From positions 127,471-191,470 of the forward strand of contig JAPSLO010000008.1 in assembly GCA_031180725.1 (NCBI GenBank): a stretch of DNA of 64,000 nt. The letters run 5' to 3'. Positions 10,168-19,453 of this stretch are shown here, in pieces; positions within the stretch are counted from its first letter, which is position 1, and each line of letters begins with the position of its first letter. Below the pieces are notes generated by a model, which saw only the letters and a list, made by a program, of their open reading frames with translations, had not been told where the DNA came from and searched no databases. Source of the stretch: Roseomonas sp. GTDB taxonomy: Bacteria > Pseudomonadota > Alphaproteobacteria > Acetobacterales > Acetobacteraceae. Both the position numbers and the translations under genes were made by a program.

Positions 10168-10995
10168 TCAGCCGGTGACGAAGATTGGCGCCGGGCTGTC
10201 GCGCAGCAGGCGATGCGTGGTGCTGCCCAGCAGCAACCGCGCCAGTCCGCCGCTGCCGAAAGCGCCCATGACCAGCAGCCGGATGCCCAGCCGCCTCGCC
10301 TCCTGCGGGATGGTTCCGGCCGCATCATCACCTACCAGGGGCAGCAGCGTCACCTCACGGCCGGGCAGCAGGGGGCGCGCCTGCTCGGCCAGGGCCTCCG
10401 CAGCCGCGTGCTCCTCGCCCAGGCTCACCACCATCACGGGCGCCTCCGGCGCCAAGCCAGACGCAGCGTAGAGTTCCACGGCATGGCGCGCCGGCGCGGT
10501 GCCGTCGAAGGCCACCAGCACCGGGCCCGACCGCGGCAGCGGGCCGGGCGGGATGACCAGGAGCGGCGCAGCGCGATCACGCAGCAGCGCCTCGATCACC
10601 GGGGCGACGCCGCCATCCGCGGCCTCGCCACCTGGCGTGGAATCACGGCCGATCACCACCAGGTCATGGGCTGCGCCGGCCTTCAGCAGCGCCGCCTCCG
10701 GCGCGTCCTCCAACTGCTTCACCTCCACGGAGAGCCCTTGCGCCGCGCTCTGGAAAGCATCCAGCGCGGCCTTCACATCGGCCTTCAGCCGCGCGCCCAG
10801 CGTCGCATCGCGATGCGCGCGGAAGGCATCGCCACCGAGCGGCACGGCCTCGTGCTCCGGCGCGTTGTGCGGACGGTCCAGCACCACCGCCGCCGTCAGC
10901 ACGGCGCCGCATTGCCGCGCCATCGCGGCCGCTTCCTGACCGGCGGCCATGGCACCGGGCGTCTCGTCCAGCAGCACGAGGATGCTTCGCAACAT
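10168..10995 (-). CDS. universal stress protein (tandem USP domains)
   Basis: RSILVLLD...DLVVIG and VLVAFDG...LLVMGAFG...LLLGSTT motifs. Confidence 0.9.
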   Translation of the reverse strand: MLRSILVLLDETPGAMAAGQEAAAMARQCGAVLTAAVVLDRPHNAPEHEAVPLGGDAFRAHRDATLGARLKADVKAALDAFQSAAQGLSVEVKQLEDAPEAALLKAGAAHDLVVIGRDSTPGGEAADGGVAPVIEALLRDRAAPLLVIPPGPLPRSGPVLVAFDGTAPARHAVELYAASGLAPEAPVMVVSLGEEHAAAEALAEQARPLLPGREVTLLPLVGDDAAGTIPQEARRLGIRLLVMGAFGSGGLARLLLGSTTHRLLRDSPAPIFVTG

Positions 10996-11034
10996 CGGGT
11001 CTCCATCTCCCCTGCCGTTCCGGACACTAACGCA

Positions 11035-12261
11035 TCATCCCGCGGCGCGTCGCGGCTGCATCAACAGGAACAGGGTGGTGCAGATCACCAGCCCCGCCGC
11101 AAAGGTCAGCAGCGCCGCCGGCACACCGCCCCAGGCCGCCGCCACGCCGGACGCCGCCTGCATTACCGCCGCGCCAAGGAAGAAGGAGAGATTCGCGGCT
11201 GAGAGCGCGCGCCCCGCTTCCTCCGGCGGCACGGCGGCGCGCACCAAGGTGAAGCCGATCACCTGGCAGGAAATGACGAGGCCGAAGGCCACCAGCAGCA
11301 CCAAGTCCCACGCCGCCGGCAGCATCGGCAGGCCGAGCGCCACGGACAACACACCACCCGGCCCACCCGCCACGATCAGCAGGATGAAGGCGGCGCAGAC
11401 ATAGTGGCTGCCCGCCATCAGCAGCCGGGCGCGGCCGGTGCGCCGCATCAGGATGCCCGCCACCGCCGGGCCGATGGTCAACGCCACCGCGCAGGCCAGC
11501 AGCAGATTGCCGGCTTCCACCCGCGGCAGGCCCTTCACCTCCATCAGCCAGGGTCCGCCCCACAAGCCACGCAGTCCCAGCACTGCCGCGAAGGAGGCGA
11601 AGACGAAGGCGACAACGCCGCGGATATGCGGCCGACCGATCATCGCCACGGTGGCCTTCACATCACCCCAAAGACTGCGCCGCGCCGGCTGCGCCGGTGG
11701 ATCATGTGGCACCAGCAGAGCAATGCCCGCGATGGCCAGCGCCGCCAGCCCGGCGCAGGCCAGGTAGCCGGCGCGCCAGCCGCTGGCCTCGATCAACAGA
11801 GCCAGCGGGCTTGCGGAGAGCAGCATGCCGCTATTGCCCACCGCCTGGACGATGCCGGACCACATGGCGAAGCGCTGCTGGCTCAGCACCCGGGCGGCAT
11901 AGGTGATGGGGCACATCAGCATGCCCGAACATCCCGCCCCTAGCACCACCTGCGCGACGAACATCATCCAGGGGCTAGTGGCCAGGGCGGCCAACACCGC
12001 GCCGCTGCCCGCGACCGTCAGCAGGCCGAGCGCCGTGCGCTGCACGCCGAGCCGGTCCAGCGCCACGCCCACCGGGATCATCACCGCCGCGAAGGCCGCC
12101 GGGAAGACGCCGGTGAGCTGCGCCAGCACCTCCGCGCTGATGCCGAGGTCGCGCGTCAGCACATCCACCGCTACCGCGGGGATGGTGCGCACTGCGTTGG
12201 AGAAGACATGGCCAAGACACAGCACGAGAATCGGGATGGCGAAGCCCTGGGCGGCCGTCAT
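11035..12261 (-). CDS. MFS transporter
   Basis: About 12 hydrophobic segments and motif A (GVALDRLGVQR). Confidence 0.88.
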   Translation of the reverse strand: MTAAQGFAIPILVLCLGHVFSNAVRTIPAVAVDVLTRDLGISAEVLAQLTGVFPAAFAAVMIPVGVALDRLGVQRTALGLLTVAGSGAVLAALATSPWMMFVAQVVLGAGCSGMLMCPITYAARVLSQQRFAMWSGIVQAVGNSGMLLSASPLALLIEASGWRAGYLACAGLAALAIAGIALLVPHDPPAQPARRSLWGDVKATVAMIGRPHIRGVVAFVFASFAAVLGLRGLWGGPWLMEVKGLPRVEAGNLLLACAVALTIGPAVAGILMRRTGRARLLMAGSHYVCAAFILLIVAGGPGGVLSVALGLPMLPAAWDLVLLVAFGLVISCQVIGFTLVRAAVPPEEAGRALSAANLSFFLGAAVMQAASGVAAAWGGVPAALLTFAAGLVICTTLFLLMQPRRAAG

Positions 12262-12321
12262 GCGATGTGTCTCGTTTCCCCCGCGCCCCCGCGCCGGCCG
12301 CGCGGGGCGATTACCGCCAGG

Positions 12322-13716
12322 CTAGTTCCGGAACATCTTGCCCGGATTCATGATGCCCTTCGGGTCCAGCGCGGCCTTCAGGCTGCGCATCACCGCCAGC
12401 GCTTCCACCCCGTGCTCGCGCTCCAGGAACTCGCGCTTGCCCAGCCCGATGCCATGCTCGCCCGAGCAGGTGCCGCCCAGCGACAGACCGCGGCTGACGA
12501 TGCGCCGGTCCATGTCCCAGGCGCGCTCCAGCCCCTGCGGGTCGTTCGGATCATATAGGACCATCTGGTGGAAATTGCCGTCGCCGACATGCCCGACAAT
12601 GCAGGTGGCGTGGCCGAGTTCCTTCGCTTCCTGCTTGGCCCCCACCAGGGCTTCCACCAGCCGGGAAATCGGCACGCAGACATCGGTGGTCAGTGCCTTC
12701 CAGCCCGGTTTGCTGGCAACACCCGCCCAGTAGCTGTCATGCCGCGCCTTCCACAGCTTGGCTCGCACCGCCGGGTCGCTCGCCCATTGGAAGCCGGTGC
12801 CGCCATTGGCCGCGGTGATCGCCTCCACCGCCTCGGCCTGTTCCTTCACCCCGGCTTCGCTGCCGTGGAATTCCAGGAACAACGTGGTCAGCGGCGCATA
12901 GCCTTCCAGCTTCGAATAGGCGATGGACGCCGCCATCATGTCGTCGTCCAGCAATTCGATCCGGGCCACGGGGATGCCGGTCTGCATCACCTCGATCGTG
13001 CTACGCACCGCGCCTTCCAGCGAGGCGAACTGCACGACGGCGGCGCTGGTGGCCTCCGGGATGCCGTGTAGGCGCAGGCGGATCTTCGTCACCACGCCCA
13101 GCGTGCCCTCGCTGCCCACGAAAAGCCGCGTCAGGTCGTAGCCATTGGCTGCCTTGCGCGTGCGGCCGCCGGTCTCAATCACGCGGCCATCGGCCAGCAC
13201 CACTTCCAGGCCCAGCACATTCTCCCGGATGGTGCCGTAGCGCACGGCGCAGGTGCCGGAGGCACGCGTAGCCACCATGCCGCCCAGCGTGCAGTGGCTG
13301 CCGGGATCCACGGGGAAGAACATGCCCTGGTCGCGCAGGTATTCGTTGAGCTGCTGGCGCGTGACGCCCGGCTCCACCAGGCAGTCCATGTCGTCGGCAT
13401 TCACCTCCAGGACCCCCGTCATACGGGACAGATCCAGGCTGATGCCGCCGCGCACCGGGTTCACATGGCCTTCCAGGCTGGTGCCGGCGCCGAAGGGCAC
13501 CACCGGCACCTCATGCTGGTGGCACAGCTTCACCAGGCGGCTGACTTCCTCCGTGGTCTCCACGAAGGCGACGGCATCCGGCAGGGTCGGGGTGGTGTTG
13601 TCCTCGCCCTTTGCATGCTGTTCCCGGATGGTGGCGTTGAGGCTGAGCCTGTCGCCCAGGAATTCGCGGGCGGCAGAGATCACCGCATCCACCGGGCGCG
13701 GGGAGATGGTGTTCAT
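12322..13716 (-). CDS. FAD-linked oxidase, D-lactate/glycolate dehydrogenase (GlcD/Dld) family
   Basis: PFGAGTSLEG, FFPVDPG, GSEGTLG, GHVGDGNFH, GEHGIG and MNPGK motifs. Start MNTISP at 13716. Confidence 0.92.
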   Translation of the reverse strand: MNTISPRPVDAVISAAREFLGDRLSLNATIREQHAKGEDNTTPTLPDAVAFVETTEEVSRLVKLCHQHEVPVVPFGAGTSLEGHVNPVRGGISLDLSRMTGVLEVNADDMDCLVEPGVTRQQLNEYLRDQGMFFPVDPGSHCTLGGMVATRASGTCAVRYGTIRENVLGLEVVLADGRVIETGGRTRKAANGYDLTRLFVGSEGTLGVVTKIRLRLHGIPEATSAAVVQFASLEGAVRSTIEVMQTGIPVARIELLDDDMMAASIAYSKLEGYAPLTTLFLEFHGSEAGVKEQAEAVEAITAANGGTGFQWASDPAVRAKLWKARHDSYWAGVASKPGWKALTTDVCVPISRLVEALVGAKQEAKELGHATCIVGHVGDGNFHQMVLYDPNDPQGLERAWDMDRRIVSRGLSLGGTCSGEHGIGLGKREFLEREHGVEALAVMRSLKAALDPKGIMNPGKMFRN

Positions 13717-14579
13717 GTCGGGTCTTCCTCCCGCGTGAGCGGGCATGTCAGGCAATGCGGTCCACCACCGCCGGCGGCGAAGAGGGAAAGATCGGGATCG
13801 AGCACGGAGAGCCCCTCGGCCCGCAGCGCCGCATTCAGCGCCGCGCTGCCGCGGGAGGAGATCACGCGCCCCTGGCCCAGCGCCAGGATGTTGCAGCCGA
13901 GCTGCATCGCCTCCCGGTAGGGCACCGGGATGGTACGGATGCCTCTCTCGCGCAACCAGGCCAGGAACCCCTCCTCCAGCACATCGGTACAAGCCACCGC
14001 CAGGCCGGGTGCGGCCATGCAGAACAGCACGTCCAGATGCAGGAAATGCTCGTCGAACGGCTCGATGCGGCATTCCCAGCCTTCCGCCTGCAGCCAGTCG
14101 GCGAACTGCGCCGCGCCTGCCTGGTCCGTACGGCCGCCGCTGGCCCCTACCACGGCCAGCCCCGGGCGGATCACATGGATGTCGCCCCCTTCCAGCGTGC
14201 CGGCACTGGATTTGCGCCAGAAGCCGCTGCCCTGGGCGGCGTGCCAATCCATGACGCCGGCATATTCACCGCGCCGCTGCGGCCGTTCCAGCTGGCAGAG
14301 CACCGGCCCCCAGGGGGTCACCACCACCTGGTCGCGGGTATAGGCCATGTAAGGCAGATGGGGCTCCGGCGGCAGGCGGTGCACGGTGCAGCCAGCCTGC
14401 TCCAGCGCCGCCACCAGCTCCGCATGCTGGGCCGCGAAGGCCGCGGCCGGCGGCAGCGCGGCGGCCGAGAGGGTGCGCCGCGCCACGGCGTTGGTCGGGA
14501 TCCAGTGGTAATGGGTCGGCGGGCAGACCAGGACCTCGCGCAGCAGGCCCGTCTCGCTCGCCACGGCAAAGCGCGGCAT
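13713..14579 (-). CDS. amidinotransferase / dimethylarginine dimethylaminohydrolase (pentein) family protein
   Basis: SETGLLREVLV, YTRD, LEGGD, HLD and GGPHCLT catalytic motifs. Its stop overlaps the downstream ATG. Confidence 0.88.
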   Translation of the reverse strand: MPRFAVASETGLLREVLVCPPTHYHWIPTNAVARRTLSAAALPPAAAFAAQHAELVAALEQAGCTVHRLPPEPHLPYMAYTRDQVVVTPWGPVLCQLERPQRRGEYAGVMDWHAAQGSGFWRKSSAGTLEGGDIHVIRPGLAVVGASGGRTDQAGAAQFADWLQAEGWECRIEPFDEHFLHLDVLFCMAAPGLAVACTDVLEEGFLAWLRERGIRTIPVPYREAMQLGCNILALGQGRVISSRGSAALNAALRAEGLSVLDPDLSLFAAGGGGPHCLTCPLTREEDPT

Positions 14580-14687
14580 GAGCGGCAAACTGCCTCCTGC
14601 CACGCGCTGCGGCAAGCAGGGCGCGTTGACGCCCCCGGGGCGCGGGCCTAGCGTCGTCTGACAACCGGAAGGGAAGGGAACGACGGC

Positions 14688-15443
14688 ATGGCCAATGGCG
14701 TGAAGGCAGCCTGGGCGGCGGGGCGGCCCGTGGTGAATGGGTGGCTGGCCATCCCCTCCGGTTTCAGCGCGGAAGTCATGGCCCAGGCCGGCTTCGACAG
14801 TCTGACGGTGGACATCCAGCACGGCGTGCAGGACTACCTCTCCATGATCGCCTGCTTCCAGGGCATGCAGCCGCATGGCGTGACCCCGATGGTCCGCGTC
14901 CCCTGGAACGAGCCAGGCATCATCGGCAAGGTGCTGGACGGCGGCGCAAAAGGCGTGATCTGCCCGATGGTGAACACCGAGGCCGAATGCCGCGCCCTGG
15001 TCGCGGCCTGCCGTTACCCGCCGAAGGGCACGCGCAGCTTCGGCCCTATCCGCTCCGGGATCTACGGCGCCGCGGCCGACACCAATGCGGCGAATGACGA
15101 TGTGCTCGTCATCCCGATGATCGAGACGAAGACAGCGTTGGACAACCTGGAAGCGATCGTCAGTGTGCCGGGCGTGGACGGCATCTATATCGGCCCGTCC
15201 GACCTCTCGCTCTCGCTGGGGATGGAACCGAAGCAGGACCGGCAGGAGCCGGAGTTCCTGAAGATCCTGGACCAGATCCGCACCACCGCGGCGAAACACG
15301 GTGTGAAGACCGGCATCCACACGATGACCGGCGCCTATTCCAAGCAGATGTTCGAGCGCGGCTTCAACCTGGCCACGATCATGAACGACAGCGGCCTGAT
15401 GCTGACCGCCGCCCGCGCCCAGGTGAGCGTGGCGAAGGGCTGA
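14688..15443 (+). CDS. HpcH/HpaI aldolase family protein
   Basis: GFDSLTVDIQHG, VRVPWNE, MIET and YIGPSDLSL motifs. Confidence 0.9.
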   Translation: MANGVKAAWAAGRPVVNGWLAIPSGFSAEVMAQAGFDSLTVDIQHGVQDYLSMIACFQGMQPHGVTPMVRVPWNEPGIIGKVLDGGAKGVICPMVNTEAECRALVAACRYPPKGTRSFGPIRSGIYGAAADTNAANDDVLVIPMIETKTALDNLEAIVSVPGVDGIYIGPSDLSLSLGMEPKQDRQEPEFLKILDQIRTTAAKHGVKTGIHTMTGAYSKQMFERGFNLATIMNDSGLMLTAARAQVSVAKG

Positions 15444-15446
15444 TGC

Positions 15447-15479
15447 GGCAGGGGGGCTTCGCCCCCCTGCCCCATTTTT
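15447..15479 (+). terminator. intrinsic terminator
   Basis: GGCAGGGGGG-CTTCG-CCCCCCTGCC hairpin followed by ATTTTT, between convergent genes. Confidence 0.7.
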
Positions 15480-17065
15480 CAGAAGGCCAGCGGTGTCGCC
15501 CGCACCACCAGCGGCAGCCCGCGCACCTTGGCCAGCACGTCATCCGGCAGCGGCGCATCCAGCGCCACCAGGCAGATCGCGTCCCCACCCGGCCTGTCAC
15601 GGCCCAGGTGGAAGGTCGCGATATTGATGCCGGCCTCCGCCAGCGTCATGCCGAAGCGGCCGATGAAGCCCGGCCTGTCCTGGTTGGTGACATAGAGCAT
15701 GTGCGGGGCGAACTCCGCCTCCACCGGGATGCCCTTGATCTCCACCAGGCGCGGCTTGCCGGTGCCGACCAGCGTACCGGCCACGCTGCGCGTCCAGGCG
15801 GCGGTGCGGATCGTCACGCGCAGCAGCGTGGCGTAATCACCGCTGCGGTCGAGGATCGTCTCGCCCACCTCGATGCCGCGCTCCTTGGCCAGGGCGGGCG
15901 CGTTCACCATGTTCACCGCGCCCATCATCGGCCCCAGCACACCGGCCAGCGCCGCGGCCGTCAGTGGCCGGCGGTTCAGCTCCGCGGCCGCGCCCTCGTA
16001 CTCCACGGCGATCGCCAGCACCTCGTCGCCGGCCGAGGCGGTGAGCTGCCCCGCCAGCGCACCGAGCAGCCGCGCCAGTTCCATATAGGGCTTCAGCCGC
16101 GGCGCTTCCTCCGCGGTCACGCTCGGCATGTTGATGGCGTTGGAGACGGCGCCGGTCAGCAGGAAATCACTCATCTGCTCGGCCACCTGCAGGGCGACAT
16201 TTTCCTGCGCCTCGGTCGTGGCGGCGCCGAGATGCGGGGTGCAGACCACATTCTCCAGCGTGAAGAGCGGGCTTTCCGTCGCGGGCTCCACCTCGAACAC
16301 GTCGAGCGCGGCGCCAGCGAGATGCCCGGTCTTCAGCGCCTCGTACAGCGCCCCCTCGTCGACCAGTCCGCCGCGAGCGCAGTTGATCAGACGCGCGCCC
16401 TTCTTCATGGCGAAGATGCGCTCGCGGTTCAGGATGTTCTTCGTCTGCTCGGTATAGGGTGCGTGCAAGGTGACGATGTCGGCGCGCGCGATCAGCGCAT
16501 CCAGCTCCGCCTTCTCCACGCCCAGCTCCACTGCGCGCTTCTCCGACAGGAAGGGATCATAGGCGATCACCTTCATGCGCAGCCCGTTGGCACGATCCGC
16601 GACGATTGAGCCGATATTGCCGCAGCCGACCAGGCCCAGCGTCTTGCCGGTCAGCTCCACGCCCATGAAGCGGTTCTTCTCCCACTTCCCCGCCTTGGTG
16701 CTGGCGGAGGCTTCGGGGATCTGCCGCGCCAGCGCGAACATCATGGCGATGGCATGCTCGGCGGTGGTGATGGCGTTGCCGAAAGGCGTGTTCATCACCA
16801 CCACGCCGCGCGCGGTGGCAGTGGTGACATCCACATTGTCCACGCCGATGCCGGCGCGCCCCACCACCTTCAGCCGTGGCGCGGCTTCCAGCAACTCGCG
16901 TGTCACTTTGGTGGCGCTGCGCACCGCCAGGCCATCATACTCGCCGATGATCGCACGGATTTCGGCGGGCTTCAGCCCTGGCTTGAAATCCACCTCGATG
17001 CCGCGGTCCCGGAATATCTGGACAGCGGCGGGCGAGAGCTTGTCGGAAATCAGGACCTTCGGCAT
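15479..17065 (-). CDS. serA: D-3-phosphoglycerate dehydrogenase
   Basis: GRAGIGVDNVD, GLVGCGNIG, NCARGG, TPHLGA and a C-terminal ACT domain (NQDRPGFIG). Confidence 0.96.
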   Translation of the reverse strand: MPKVLISDKLSPAAVQIFRDRGIEVDFKPGLKPAEIRAIIGEYDGLAVRSATKVTRELLEAAPRLKVVGRAGIGVDNVDVTTATARGVVVMNTPFGNAITTAEHAIAMMFALARQIPEASASTKAGKWEKNRFMGVELTGKTLGLVGCGNIGSIVADRANGLRMKVIAYDPFLSEKRAVELGVEKAELDALIARADIVTLHAPYTEQTKNILNRERIFAMKKGARLINCARGGLVDEGALYEALKTGHLAGAALDVFEVEPATESPLFTLENVVCTPHLGAATTEAQENVALQVAEQMSDFLLTGAVSNAINMPSVTAEEAPRLKPYMELARLLGALAGQLTASAGDEVLAIAVEYEGAAAELNRRPLTAAALAGVLGPMMGAVNMVNAPALAKERGIEVGETILDRSGDYATLLRVTIRTAAWTRSVAGTLVGTGKPRLVEIKGIPVEAEFAPHMLYVTNQDRPGFIGRFGMTLAEAGINIATFHLGRDRPGGDAICLVALDAPLPDDVLAKVRGLPLVVRATPLAF

Positions 17066-17068
17066 GGC

Positions 17069-18241
17069 TCAGGCCGCCTTCCTGCCGAACTCGGCCTCGA
17101 CCTGCGCATAGGCCCAGTCAATCCAGGGCAGCGCGGCCTTGATATCCGCCGTCTCCACTGTCGCGCCGCCCCAGATCCGCAGGCCCGGGGGGGCGTCGCG
17201 GTAGCTGGCCGCGTCGAGTGCCACGCCTTCCTTGTCCAGGATCCCGGCCAGCTTCTTCGCCGCCGCCGCCTGACCTTCCGCATCCAGCGCGGTGAACCAC
17301 GGTGCTACGATCTTCAGGCAGATGGAGGTGCAGGAGCGCGTGGCCGGCTCCTCCGCCAGGAAGGCAGCCCAGGGGGTGCGCGCGACCCATTCGGCGACCG
17401 CCGCCAGATTGGCCTCGGAGCGCGCGATCAGCCCCTTCAGCCCGCCCAGGGCTTCCGCCCAGCGAAGCCCATCCAGCGCATCCTCGACGCAGAGCATGGA
17501 CGGCGTGTTGATCGTCTCGCCCTTGAAGATGCCCTCGTTGAGCTTCCCGTCCTTGGTTATGCGGAAGATCTTCGGCATTGGCCAGGCGGGCTTATGGCTT
17601 TCCAGCCGCGCGACGGCGCGCGGGCTCAGCGCCAGCATCCCATGCGCCGCCTCGCCGCCCAGCACCTTCTGCCAGGACCAGGTCACGACATCCAGCTTGT
17701 CCCAGGGCAGATCCATCGCGAAGGCAGCGCTGGTGGCATCGCAGATCGCCAGTCCTTCGCGGTCCGCCTTGATGAAATCCGCATTCGGCAGGCGCACGCC
17801 ACTGGTGGTGCCATTCCAGACAAAGACCACGTCGCGCGCCGGATCCACCTGCGCCAGGTCCGGCAGCTTGCCGTAGCCGGCGGAGATCACCCGCGCATCG
17901 GCCAGCCGGAGCTGCTTGGTGATGTCGGTCGCCCAGTCCTTGGAGAAGCTCTCCCAGGCCAGGATGTCCACGCCCCGCGACCCGAGCAGCGACCACAACG
18001 CCATCTCCACCGCGCCGGTATCGGAAGCCGGAACGATGCCGAGCCGCCAGTCCTTCGGCATGCCGAGGATGGCCCTGGACCGCTCGATGACCTCGGCCAG
18101 CTTGGCCTTCGGGTCCTTGGCGCGATGGCTGCGGCCCAGCAGCGCGCCTTCCAGCGCCGCCACGGACCAGCCAGGGCGCTTGGCACAGGGACCGGAGGAG
18201 AAACGGGGATTCGACGGACGGATGTCCGGCTTCGCAACCAT
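17069..18241 (-). CDS. serC: phosphoserine aminotransferase
   Basis: [30 protein letters not shown] and SWQKVLGGE motifs. Directly upstream of serA. Confidence 0.95.
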   Translation of the reverse strand: MVAKPDIRPSNPRFSSGPCAKRPGWSVAALEGALLGRSHRAKDPKAKLAEVIERSRAILGMPKDWRLGIVPASDTGAVEMALWSLLGSRGVDILAWESFSKDWATDITKQLRLADARVISAGYGKLPDLAQVDPARDVVFVWNGTTSGVRLPNADFIKADREGLAICDATSAAFAMDLPWDKLDVVTWSWQKVLGGEAAHGMLALSPRAVARLESHKPAWPMPKIFRITKDGKLNEGIFKGETINTPSMLCVEDALDGLRWAEALGGLKGLIARSEANLAAVAEWVARTPWAAFLAEEPATRSCTSICLKIVAPWFTALDAEGQAAAAKKLAGILDKEGVALDAASYRDAPPGLRIWGGATVETADIKAALPWIDWAYAQVEAEFGRKAA

Positions 18242-18249
18242 GATGCGGC

Positions 18250-18291
18250 TCCCTTCCAGAAGCGGATGCGCCCCGGTGGGGGGGCGTGGCC
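18250..18291 (-). promoter_or_regulatory. candidate serC leader RNA (two hairpins)
   Basis: CGCCCC-CCCACC-GGGGCG hairpin followed by a small hairpin next to the GGGAG RBS. A TTGCCG-N17-TACCTC promoter spans 18328-18300. Position matches the known alphaproteobacterial serC leader motif. Confidence 0.5.
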
Positions 18292-18401
18292 CAGGGGGAG
18301 AGGTAGCGAGCCCGGGACGCCCCGGCAAGCGCCGCATGCGATCCCGACTCTTGCACAAGATTTGCTTATAATGCGGCCATCCGTCCTTCCGGAGCCTTTG
18401 G

Positions 18402-19370
18402 ATGCCCTTCCTGACCCGCCGTGCTGCCCTCGCCCTGCCCGGCCTGCTAGCCCTGCCGCACATCGCGCAGGCACAGTCGCGCACCATCACGCTGATCTGC
18501 CCCTTCGGCCCCGGCACCAATGTGGACACCATCGCCCGGCTGATCGCGCCGGAGATCTCCACGCGGCTGGACCGCCAACTGGTGGTGGAGAATGTCTCCG
18601 GCGCCGGCGGCACCATCGGTACCGAACGCGCCGCGCGCGCCGCGCCGGATGGCAACACCCTGCTGATCGGCGTGGAGAGCACGATCAACGTGGCGCAGTT
18701 CGTCACACCTTCCACCGTGCGCTATGACGGGCTGCGCGACTTCGCGCCGGTGCATATGCTGGCGACGCTGCCGCTGCTGCTGATCGGCAAGCTCGGCATG
18801 CCCGCGACCTTCACCGAGCTGGTCGCAGCCAGCAAGGCGAACGCCAATCCCTTCAACTTCGGCAGTTCCGGCACCGGCACCAGCCTGCACCTGTTCGGCG
18901 AATTGCTGGTGCAGCGCACCGGGCTTCGCATGGAACATGTGCCCTACCGCATGGGCGCACAGATGCTGACCGAGGTGATGAGCGGCCAGCTCGACCTGGC
19001 GGTCAGCACGCTCACCAGCTCCGGGCCCACAGTGAGGGAGGGCAAGGTGCTCGGCTATGGCGTCTCATCCACCGAGCGCCAGCCCCTTCTCCCGAATCTG
19101 CCGACCTTCATCGAGCAGACGCGGATGCCGGACCTGACCATGGAGGTCTGGCAGGCACTGTTCGCCCCGGCCCGCACCGATCCGGGTTTCGTGCAGCGCG
19201 TGGCCGCCGCCGCGGCCGAGGCGCTGGCCCAGCCCGCCCTGCAGCAGCGCATCCGCGACCTGGGCCAGACGCCCAGCACCATGGGCCCTGCCCCGCTCGC
19301 CGATTTCCTGCGGGCGGAAAGCGCGCGCTACGAGGCGCTGGTGAAGGCGGCGAACATCCAGCCGCAATAG
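18402..19370 (+). CDS. Bug/TctC tripartite tricarboxylate transporter substrate-binding protein
   Basis: Tat-like TRRAALAL signal and [26 protein letters not shown] and HVPYR motifs. Confidence 0.92.
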   Translation: MPFLTRRAALALPGLLALPHIAQAQSRTITLICPFGPGTNVDTIARLIAPEISTRLDRQLVVENVSGAGGTIGTERAARAAPDGNTLLIGVESTINVAQFVTPSTVRYDGLRDFAPVHMLATLPLLLIGKLGMPATFTELVAASKANANPFNFGSSGTGTSLHLFGELLVQRTGLRMEHVPYRMGAQMLTEVMSGQLDLAVSTLTSSGPTVREGKVLGYGVSSTERQPLLPNLPTFIEQTRMPDLTMEVWQALFAPARTDPGFVQRVAAAAAEALAQPALQQRIRDLGQTPSTMGPAPLADFLRAESARYEALVKAANIQPQ

Positions 19371-19453
19371 GATAGCGGCAGCCGGGCGTCCGCGCCCGGC
19401 GCCCATGGGCCGGGCAGGTGTCCGGCCCGTCCCCTGCCTGCTAAAGCTGGGCC

